Positions 56,299 to 64,000 of a DNA stretch of 64,000 bases are shown here, one piece after another. This stretch comes from Candidatus Latescibacterota bacterium. GTDB lineage: Bacteria; Latescibacterota; UBA2968; UBA8231. Position numbers and translations under genes: made by a program. Location: positions 1,056,001 through 1,120,000 of the forward strand of contig OZ241867.1 in assembly GCA_965203175.1 (NCBI GenBank). Reading direction: 5' to 3'. The first letter of the stretch is position 1, and every line of letters begins with the position of its first letter. The notes under the pieces are model-generated. The model did no database searches and had not been told where the DNA came from. It saw only the letters and a program-made list of their open reading frames with translations.

Positions 56299-58674
56299 AT
56301 GCGCAAGGTAGTCTATCTGTCGATCTTGGCGTCCTTGTTGGTCGCCCGCCCTCTAACCGCCCAGACGGAGGCCAGCCTAAGTGGCGAGGTAGCCGATGAG
56401 ACTACTGGCGAACCGCTGCCCGGGGCCAACATTCGCCTCGTGGACACCCTGCTGGGGGCTGTCACGGATTTGGAAGGTCAGTTCGTATTGCCGGCCGTGC
56501 CTGTAGGCACCCACCAAGTGGAAATCAGTATGATTGGTTATGCCACCCGCACCGAGACCTTACAGGTGGTCTCTGGCGAGCAAGCTCGCTTGACCGCCGC
56601 CCTGACTCCCAGCCCCGTACACATGGGCGAAATGCTGATTCAAGCCGACCGGGCCTTTTCCGCGGCCTCCTCGCGGGCGGTGCGCCAATTCGACCTACAA
56701 ACCCGGCCCAGCCGCACGGCCCATCAGATGCTGCAACTGGCCCCTGGCCTCATCATCGCCCAACACGCTGGCGGCGGTAAAGCCGAACAGATTTTTCTGC
56801 GCGGTTTTGACGCCGACCACGGCACGGATGTGGCCATTTCGGTGGATGGGGTGCCCGTGAATATGGTCTCCCACGGCCACGGGCAAGGCTACGCCGACCT
56901 GCACTTCCTCGTTCCCGAAGTCGTTGAGGAACTGGACGTCAAGAAAGGGCCGTACTTTGCCGAATTCGGCAATTTGGCTACGGCCGGGGCCATCGCCTAT
57001 CGGACCCGCGATCACCTCGACGGCAACGCCATTCACCTCGAAGGGGGCGGGTTCAATACGGCCGAGTACACCATGCTCTACCAGATTCCGCTGGCCGATA
57101 CTAGGCAAAGCGCCTATTTCGCGGGCAAGTACTACCAGACCGATGGCCCGGTCAAGCGGCCTCAAGGCCTGCAGCGCCTCAGTCTCTTCGGCAAGTACCA
57201 CAACCACCTCTCCGACCGCTCCACCCTTACCTTGACCACCAGCGGGTTTAGTTCGGCTTGGGACGCCTCCGGACAGATCCCGCAACGGGCCGTGGAACAG
57301 GGCCTCATTGACCGCTGGGATGCCATTGATGATCTGGAAGGAGGCACCACCGGCCGCCAAGATTTCCACATCAATTTCCACGTTGAAGAGGCCGGCACGA
57401 GCACCTTTGATCTGCAGGCCTACTTGGTTAGCTATCAGTTTAAGCTGTTTTCCAACTTCACCTTCTTCCTCGACGACCCCGAGCGCGGCGACACCATCGA
57501 ACAGACCGATGATCGCCAAGTTACCGGGATCAACAGCCGCTATTCTTTCTTCCACAACTGGGGCCCGTACTTGGCTCATACTTCGATAGGAGGCGGCTTG
57601 CGCGCTGATAATGCGGCCGTGGGTTTGTGGAAAAGCCCCGACCGCCAACGCCTAGCGTCGCTGGTCAATGCCGATGTGGTGGAGCGCAACCTGTTCCTGT
57701 GGGCCCAAGAGGAACTTGCTTTCACCCCGCGCTTGAAAATGATCATAGGGCTGCGCGGCGATTATTTCACTTTCAATGTTGACGACTACCGCGAAGGGCA
57801 CCCCAGCGAGTTGCCCCACGCTTCGGGCTTTGCCCAAGCCTCCATACTCAGCCCGAAAGCAACCTTGGTGTATAGCCCCAGCCGCGTCGTGGATCTTTTT
57901 GCCAATGTCGGCACTGGCTTCCATTCCAACGACGCCCGCAACAACGTCATTGACGCTCGGGCCTCACAAATTCGTCGGGTCATGCGGCGCGATGGGCACA
58001 GCGAGGCCGACATCGCCGTCGAGTTAGCGGGACGCTACATCGATCCGGGCCACCTCGAAGAAGGGACCTTGCCGCGGGCGGTGGGGGCCGAAACCGGCCT
58101 GCGGACTCGGTTGTTTGAGCGGTTGAACGTGGGAGCGGCTCTGTGGTGGCTGGATCTGGAGAGCGAATTCGTTTTTGTCGGCGATGCCGGCACTACCGAA
58201 GCCAGCGGAAGAACCCGGCGGGCGGGGCTAGATCTGGAAGCCCGTCTGCAACTGCATCCTTGGCTGTGGGCCGATGTGGACCTCAATCTCGCCCGTGGTG
58301 AGGCTGTGGACGAACCCGACGATGCCAATGAGATCCCGCTGGCTCCCCAACGGACCTCTACCGGAGGCTTAACTTGGTACCATCCCAATGGCTTGGAAGG
58401 CAGCTTGCGCTACCGCCACATCGGCGACCGGCCCGCCAACGAGGACGGCAGTATCACAGCCGAGGGCTACACTGTCGTCGATTTCAACGGAGCCTATCGC
58501 CTAGGGGCTTGGCGGTTTAATTTGGGCGTAGAGAACGCGCTTGACACGATGTGGAACGAGGCGCAATTCGACACTGAATCGCGCCTGCGGGACGAAGAGC
58601 AACCTGTTTCAGAGATCCACTTCACCCCGGGAAATCCCATCAATATGCGCCTCGGGGTGAGTTTCCTGTTTTAA
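56299..58674 (+). CDS. TonB-dependent receptor with N-terminal carboxypeptidase-regulatory-like domain
   Basis: Signal peptide; QHAGGGKAEQIFLRGF-DHGTD, HGHGQGYAD, KGPY; C-terminal Phe. Confidence 0.9.
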   Translation: MRKVVYLSILASLLVARPLTAQTEASLSGEVADETTGEPLPGANIRLVDTLLGAVTDLEGQFVLPAVPVGTHQVEISMIGYATRTETLQVVSGEQARLTAALTPSPVHMGEMLIQADRAFSAASSRAVRQFDLQTRPSRTAHQMLQLAPGLIIAQHAGGGKAEQIFLRGFDADHGTDVAISVDGVPVNMVSHGHGQGYADLHFLVPEVVEELDVKKGPYFAEFGNLATAGAIAYRTRDHLDGNAIHLEGGGFNTAEYTMLYQIPLADTRQSAYFAGKYYQTDGPVKRPQGLQRLSLFGKYHNHLSDRSTLTLTTSGFSSAWDASGQIPQRAVEQGLIDRWDAIDDLEGGTTGRQDFHINFHVEEAGTSTFDLQAYLVSYQFKLFSNFTFFLDDPERGDTIEQTDDRQVTGINSRYSFFHNWGPYLAHTSIGGGLRADNAAVGLWKSPDRQRLASLVNADVVERNLFLWAQEELAFTPRLKMIIGLRGDYFTFNVDDYREGHPSELPHASGFAQASILSPKATLVYSPSRVVDLFANVGTGFHSNDARNNVIDARASQIRRVMRRDGHSEADIAVELAGRYIDPGHLEEGTLPRAVGAETGLRTRLFERLNVGAALWWLDLESEFVFVGDAGTTEASGRTRRAGLDLEARLQLHPWLWADVDLNLARGEAVDEPDDANEIPLAPQRTSTGGLTWYHPNGLEGSLRYRHIGDRPANEDGSITAEGYTVVDFNGAYRLGAWRFNLGVENALDTMWNEAQFDTESRLRDEEQPVSEIHFTPGNPINMRLGVSFLF

Positions 58675-58678
58675 GGAA

Positions 58679-58713
58679 AGCTGCACTCTCGGAAACTGTC
58701 CAACGTGGTGGCT
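58679..58713. repeat. 35-bp imperfect direct repeat, copy 2 (intergenic)
   Basis: AGCTGCACTCTCGGAAACTGTCCAACGTGGTGGCT, 3 mismatches to 56018-56052. Confidence 0.8.
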
Positions 58714-58774
58714 TCTTTGGGTTAATAACCACGCTTATTTTGTGGTATTGTGATTCGCCAAAGAAAACCAATCA

Positions 58775-59767
58775 ATGAGCCGCCACATGCCCCAAATCGT
58801 CGTTGAAAACCTAGTCAAAACCTACCGCATTGCCGAGCGCCGCCCCGGGCTTTGGGGTGCCTTTCGGGGCATTGTGCAGCGCTCGCACCGCACAATTCGG
58901 GCGTTGGACGGCATCTCTTTTTCGCTGGAAGCCGGCGAACTAGTTGGCTATATCGGTCCCAACGGTGCCGGCAAATCTACTACAGTCAAAATCCTCTCCG
59001 GTATCGTCGTACCCGATTCGGGCCGCTGCGAGGTCCAAGGCCGCATCCCCTGGCAGGATCGCATTGGCCACGTCAGTCGCATTGGCGTGGTCTTCGGCCA
59101 GCGCACCCAATTGTGGTGGGATCTGCCGGCCATTGAATCCTTTGACCTGCTGCGCGACATCTACAAAGTGCCCTCCAACCTCTACCGGCGGCGGCGCGAC
59201 GCGCTCATCGCCATGCTGGAACTCGACTCCTTCCTCGACGTGCCCGTGCGCCAGCTCAGCTTGGGCCAGCGCATGCGCTGCGATTTAGTAGCGGCTCTGC
59301 TCCACGGCCCCGGCCTGCTCTTTTTGGACGAGCCGACCATTGGCCTCGACGCGGTTTCCAAACTGGCGATGCGCGACTTTATCAAAGAACTCAATCGCCG
59401 AGAGGGCACCACCGTCATCTTGACCACCCACGACATGGACGATATCGAAGCCCTGTGCGACCGAGTCATGGTCATCGGCGACGGCACCATCCTCTCCGAC
59501 GGCAACCTCACCGACCTGCGCGCCCGCGTCTCGTCCGAGCGCCGCCTCATCGTCGATTTAGTCGATGCCACAGCGACCATCGAAGACGAAGCTGCCCGCG
59601 TCGTGCAGCGCGACGGGCCCCGAGTGCATCTCAGCTTTGCGCCCGAACGCATTTCAGCCCCAGCCCTCATCAGCCGCATCACCGCCCGCCACGAGGTGCG
59701 CGACCTCTTTGTAGAAAATCCGCCCATTGAGGAAGTCATCGCCCAACTCTACCGGAACCGCCCTTGA
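58775..59767 (+). CDS. ABC-2-type exporter ATP-binding protein
   Basis: GPNGAGKST, GQRTQLWWDLP, LSLGQRMR, LDEPT. Confidence 0.95.
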   Translation: MSRHMPQIVVENLVKTYRIAERRPGLWGAFRGIVQRSHRTIRALDGISFSLEAGELVGYIGPNGAGKSTTVKILSGIVVPDSGRCEVQGRIPWQDRIGHVSRIGVVFGQRTQLWWDLPAIESFDLLRDIYKVPSNLYRRRRDALIAMLELDSFLDVPVRQLSLGQRMRCDLVAALLHGPGLLFLDEPTIGLDAVSKLAMRDFIKELNRREGTTVILTTHDMDDIEALCDRVMVIGDGTILSDGNLTDLRARVSSERRLIVDLVDATATIEDEAARVVQRDGPRVHLSFAPERISAPALISRITARHEVRDLFVENPPIEEVIAQLYRNRP

Positions 59768-60558
59768 TGCGGCCCTATCTGTCCGTTCTCAGTGCCCGCA
59801 TCCGCATGTTGCTGCAGTACCGGGCTGCGGCCCTAGCCGGCATGAGTACCCAGCTATTTTGGGGACTCATTCGGGTAATGATCTTCGAAGCGTTTTACCG
59901 CACGGCGACCCAAGCGCAGCCCATGACCTACGCCGAGGTGGTCAACTATGTCTGGCTCGGTCAAGCCCTGTTCGCTCTCTTGCCTTGGAATCCCGACGAC
60001 GACGTGCGCATCATGGTGCGCACGGGCACAGTGGCCTACGAATTAGTGCGCCCCGTCGATTTATACGCCTTCTGGTACAGCCGAGCCCTCGCCAATCGCA
60101 TCGCCCCCACCCTGCTGCGCTCCGCGCCGTTGTTTTGCCTGGCCTTCCTCTTCTTCGACCTGCAAGCTCCCGCTTCCCCGGCGGCGGCGGCGGCGTGGGC
60201 CTTGGCCATGGTAGGCGCAATCCTGCTGGGCGGGGCTTTGTCCAACTTGGTCAACATCTCCTTGTTGTGGACCATCGCCGGAGAGGGCTCCATGCAAATA
60301 CTGGCGGTGTGTATCTACGTCTTTTCGGGCATGGTGGTCCCTTTGCCGCTGTTTCCCGACGCGTTCCAACCCATACTCGACTTCCTGCCTTTTCGCGGCT
60401 TGGCCGACACCCCTTTTCGTCTCTACATGGGGCACATTCCCGCGTCGCAAGTCTGGTCGGTGGTGGGTCATCAGTTCGCGTGGACGCTAGTACTGGTGGG
60501 ACTGGGCCGCTACCTCCTCTACCGAGGCACCCGCCGCTTAGTCGTCCAGGGAGGCTGA
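59767..60558 (+). CDS. ABC-2-family permease
   Basis: QYR, G-VAYEL-RP, SG--VPL-LFP, ends VVQGG; multiple TM segments. Confidence 0.85.
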   Translation: MRPYLSVLSARIRMLLQYRAAALAGMSTQLFWGLIRVMIFEAFYRTATQAQPMTYAEVVNYVWLGQALFALLPWNPDDDVRIMVRTGTVAYELVRPVDLYAFWYSRALANRIAPTLLRSAPLFCLAFLFFDLQAPASPAAAAAWALAMVGAILLGGALSNLVNISLLWTIAGEGSMQILAVCIYVFSGMVVPLPLFPDAFQPILDFLPFRGLADTPFRLYMGHIPASQVWSVVGHQFAWTLVLVGLGRYLLYRGTRRLVVQGG

Positions 60559-60562
60559 AACC

Positions 60563-61366
60563 GTGCTCAATGCCCTATGCCTGTACGGCCGCTATATCGG
60601 CATTTCCTTCCGCAGCCAAATGCAGTACCGGGCTTCTTTTATCATGCTGTCCGTGGGCCACGGCGTGATGACCGGCTTGGAATTCTTGGGCATTTGGGTG
60701 CTCTTCGACCGCTTCACCGCCCTCGACACCTGGAGTCTGCCCGAAGTGGCCTTCTTCTACGGCCTGATCAATATCGCCTTTGCCCTGTGCGACGCCTTCT
60801 CGCGCGGCTTTGACTTATTTGCCTCCACGGTCAAAAGCGGCGACTTCGACCGCCTACTGCTGCGCCCCCGCAGCACGGCTTTGCAATTGGCCGGACAAGA
60901 ACTCACCCTCAAGCGCATTGGCCGCATCACCCAAGGCTTGGTCGTCTTGCTGTGGGCCTCACATGCCCTAGAGCTAGCCTGGACGCCGGACAAGCTGCTC
61001 CTCGTCTTGCTCACCATTCTCGGCGGCGCTTGCCTGTTTTACGGTCTCATAGTCCTGCAGGCGACGCTGGCTTTTTGGACCACCGAGAGCTTGGAAATCG
61101 TCAATACCGTAACCTATGGCGGTGTGGAGACTGCCCAGTATCCGCTAGCGATTTACCGCGAGTGGTTCCGCCGCTTTTTCACCTACGTCATCCCCCTTGC
61201 CTGCGTCAGCTACTACCCGGCCTTGGGAATCTTGGAGCGCCCCGACCCCTTGGGTTCAGGCCCGTTGTTCCAATGGCTGGCCCCGGTCGTGGGACTGCTC
61301 TTTTTCGCGATCTGTCTGCGCGTCTGGCAAGTGGGCGTGCGGCACTACCGCTCTACGGGAAGCTGA
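60563..61366 (+). CDS. ABC-2-family permease
   Basis: QYR--F, GDFDR-LLRP, QYPL-IY, ends YRSTGS. Confidence 0.85.
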   Translation: MLNALCLYGRYIGISFRSQMQYRASFIMLSVGHGVMTGLEFLGIWVLFDRFTALDTWSLPEVAFFYGLINIAFALCDAFSRGFDLFASTVKSGDFDRLLLRPRSTALQLAGQELTLKRIGRITQGLVVLLWASHALELAWTPDKLLLVLLTILGGACLFYGLIVLQATLAFWTTESLEIVNTVTYGGVETAQYPLAIYREWFRRFFTYVIPLACVSYYPALGILERPDPLGSGPLFQWLAPVVGLLFFAICLRVWQVGVRHYRSTGS

Positions 61367-61454
61367 CGTTGGCTTTGGCACCTGCCGAGCCATCTCACTT
61401 ACCTTGACGCGACCCGGCAGACATGTACCTTTGCCCTCCCATCGGAGAGACCAA

Positions 61455-62435
61455 ATGGCCGCACACACCATCGCCCAACGGCTCCACAACGGCGATGCGC
61501 TTCTGCTGGACGGCGGGACCGGCTCGGAGTTGCAGCGCCGCGGAGCCGATGTCCTCAAAGACGCCGAAGACCGACTCAAGGCGTGGTCGGCGACGGCGAA
61601 CCTCGAGTACGCCGACGTGGTCCGTCAAGTGCACTCAGACTACCTTCGCGTCGGGGCCGACATTATCACCAGTAACAACTTCTGGACGACGCCTACCCGG
61701 CTCGACTCTATCGGTAAACGCCACGCCTGGCGCACCTATGCGACCGCCGCGATCCGCAACGCTGTCGAGGCCCGCAACGCCATGCGCCAAGAGGCGTACG
61801 TCGCCGGCGGTATCGCCGCCCCCAGCCTCCAAGGAGCGATGTCATCTACCAGGCCAGTCTCAGACGCCCGCGCCTTGGGTCTTGAAGCGTACCGCAGGGA
61901 GTGGGCCGACCACGCCAAGCTTCTGGCCGACGAGGGTGCCGACCTGATCCTGGCCGAGTACGTCGGCTTCATCGAGGACTGCGTCGAGGCTGTCGATGGC
62001 TGTGCCGAGGCAGGCGTGCCGGTCTTCTTAGGAGTTCGGCACATCCAAGACGACGGCGCAATGCAGTATGGCGAGAGCCTGATCAATCTCGCCAGCGCCC
62101 TCGAAGGCCATCCCGTCGATGCCGTTCTGCTCATGTGCAGCAACCCGGAAAACATCTCCGTCGGCCTCCCCATACTCCGTGAGGCATTTGCCGGTCCCGT
62201 CGGCGCGTACCCCAACCTCGGCTACAACCCGACCGGCCCCATTGCCAACAGGCCGACGCTCACGAACCAAAAACCCAGTGCCGGCGTGGACATCCTGCAA
62301 AACGCCGACTACTACCCCTCCCGCATGGCGGAATTTGCCGGCGAGTGGAAGCGGGTGGGTGCCCAGATCATCGGCGGCTGCTGCGCCTCAGGGCCAGAGC
62401 ACATTGCGGCCATGTACCCGGTCGTTAAGGAGTGA
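61455..62435 (+). CDS. Homocysteine S-methyltransferase-family protein
   Basis: LLDGGTGSEL, H-DY-R-GADII, YPN-G, IIGGCC. Confidence 0.9.
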   Translation: MAAHTIAQRLHNGDALLLDGGTGSELQRRGADVLKDAEDRLKAWSATANLEYADVVRQVHSDYLRVGADIITSNNFWTTPTRLDSIGKRHAWRTYATAAIRNAVEARNAMRQEAYVAGGIAAPSLQGAMSSTRPVSDARALGLEAYRREWADHAKLLADEGADLILAEYVGFIEDCVEAVDGCAEAGVPVFLGVRHIQDDGAMQYGESLINLASALEGHPVDAVLLMCSNPENISVGLPILREAFAGPVGAYPNLGYNPTGPIANRPTLTNQKPSAGVDILQNADYYPSRMAEFAGEWKRVGAQIIGGCCASGPEHIAAMYPVVKE

Positions 62436-62446
62436 GGAACAAAGAC

Positions 62447-63676
62447 ATGAAAGTCCGACCTGACCTCGTCCCCGAGCCCGAGTGGGACAATCTCGAAATC
62501 ATTCAGCTCACGGAGGAGTCGATCCCCTCATCGCATGTCTATATGGAGGCGCAGATCTTCACGCCCGATTCACAGCGGCTGATCCTCCACCGCTCAGCGC
62601 ACCCTCACGGCTCAGATCCCAAGGACCCCAAGCACCAGTTTCTGGTTTGCAACCTAGAAGACAATTGCAGCCTGACGCCGATCACCACCGAGCTTGGTAC
62701 GACGGGGCCGTCTATCTCACCAGATGGCGACTACCTGTACTACTTCGTCAATGAAACAGAGCACGGAAGAGGTGGACGACTGACGCTGAAGCGGGTCGGG
62801 CTGGATGGGTCTGAACGCGAGATCATCTACGTTCTCGATCACGCGATTCCGGAGACCGATTTCAGGCTGAGCCGACCGTATCCGCTTTCGACGATTTCAT
62901 CCGATGGCGGGCGCATCTCCATCTCGGGATACCTCGGGGAAGGCAAAAGCGCAGGGGAGCCTTGGGGGCTGCTCGTCTTCGAGATCGAAGAGCCATCCGT
63001 GCGGTTGGTCTTGCACGGTCCCACCTGGTGCAACCTGCATCCGCAGTACACGCGTCAAGCAGACCCCGTGGCTTCCCACGCCATCATGATCCAGGAAAAT
63101 CACGGGAATATCATTACAGCCGATGGCAAGGTGGAAAAGCTCACCAGCGGACTAGGCGCGGACATCCACCTGATTCGGGACGATGGAACAAATCTGCGCG
63201 ACTTCCCCTGGGGCAGGGATGGCAACGAGTTCTGTCAGGGGCATCAGTGCTGGCAGGGGAAAAGCGACATTGCCATCACCAGCACCTCGGCGCGCAAACA
63301 GGACGAAAGACAGCTCATATCGGGCAGATCGGCAGCGCACGTCGGCGATGAAGGCATCAACACGCCGGACGGCTGGCGCAACGACCTGTCCCGCTCCTTT
63401 GCCGGGCCCGATTTCTGGCATTTCGCAACGGACATAGACGGGACCCGTTTGATAACAGATGCAGGCCCAAAAGACGGGGGCGGCGCGGTCTGGTTGTTCG
63501 ACCTTCCCGAGGAAGAGGAAGGCGCGCTCGCGAATGCGCGGAAGATCGCAAACCCCGGATCGTCCTGGCAGAAGGACACCCACATCCATCCTTTCCTCTC
63601 GCCGGATGGAGAATCGGGTTTCTTCAATTCCGATGAAAGTGGCCTGTTGCAGGCCTATATGGTACGCGGCTGGTAA
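62447..63676 (+). CDS. Oligogalacturonate-lyase/TolB-like beta-propeller protein
   Basis: FTPDS, SPDG, HIHPFLSPDG--FFNSD. Confidence 0.6.
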   Translation: MKVRPDLVPEPEWDNLEIIQLTEESIPSSHVYMEAQIFTPDSQRLILHRSAHPHGSDPKDPKHQFLVCNLEDNCSLTPITTELGTTGPSISPDGDYLYYFVNETEHGRGGRLTLKRVGLDGSEREIIYVLDHAIPETDFRLSRPYPLSTISSDGGRISISGYLGEGKSAGEPWGLLVFEIEEPSVRLVLHGPTWCNLHPQYTRQADPVASHAIMIQENHGNIITADGKVEKLTSGLGADIHLIRDDGTNLRDFPWGRDGNEFCQGHQCWQGKSDIAITSTSARKQDERQLISGRSAAHVGDEGINTPDGWRNDLSRSFAGPDFWHFATDIDGTRLITDAGPKDGGGAVWLFDLPEEEEGALANARKIANPGSSWQKDTHIHPFLSPDGESGFFNSDESGLLQAYMVRGW

Positions 63677-63695
63677 GTGACTTAAAGCGATGACC

Positions 63696-64000
63696 ATGAG
63701 CCAGCCCAAGCGCATCGCCCACGCCAACCTAGAACAATTCTTCCTCGACGCCCTCGCAGCCGCAGGCGTACCGCTGCACGTAGCCGCAGTCGAAGCCCAA
63801 ATCGGTGCTGAAGTGGACCTGTACGGCGGCCACACCCACGGCGTCGCCCTGTTGCCCGCAGCGATCGATTACATCCGCCAAGGGATTTTGGCACCCGACC
63901 CCCACTTTGAAACCATCGTCGAGTACCCAGCCTCCCGGCTGATCGATGCCGACGGCGGCATTGGCCGCTTCTCTTCGGCGCAGGGCATAGATTGGGCACT
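63696..64000 (+). CDS. Ldh_2 (malate/L-lactate/sulfolactate dehydrogenase) family protein, 3'-truncated
   Basis: MSQPKRI...AGVP...VDLYGGHTHGV...IDADGGIG; runs off the window edge. Confidence 0.8.
   Translation, partial: MSQPKRIAHANLEQFFLDALAAAGVPLHVAAVEAQIGAEVDLYGGHTHGVALLPAAIDYIRQGILAPDPHFETIVEYPASRLIDADGGIGRFSSAQGIDWA

Overview
GC-rich (about 60-65%) bacterial chromosomal segment with no rRNA, tRNA, CRISPR array or intact transposase. The gene content (PhyH dioxygenases, sulfatase, sialidase-like and PQQ-like propellers, TPR proteins, a TonB receptor, a C-terminal TWGxLK motif) suggests a Gram-negative FCB-group organism such as Latescibacterota or Gemmatimonadota; this is inference only. 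The most unusual part is a sigma-54-type locus at about 5.5-22.3 kb. It starts with a cytoplasmic beta-propeller/Y_Y_Y-AAA+-HTH activator and a -24/-12 promoter with helically phased repeats upstream. Next come two tandem gene pairs of exported TlpA-like proteins, in which one partner has CxxC and the other a conserved cysteine-less SxxS motif. These are followed by an un-called 58-aa stand-alone copy of the activator's HTH, and two near-identical TPR scaffolds fused to different C-terminal domains (TlpA or a sugar-dehydrogenase propeller). Other notable items: three 24-27-bp palindromic elements inserted in-frame in one hybrid histidine kinase gene, a hairpin array at about 19.0 kb, a Hen1-Pnkp RNA-repair operon near higBA, a TonB receptor flanked by a duplicated piece of the mlrC-like gene, and apparent CCWGG erosion. 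All calls are by eye from motifs; no database searches were run.
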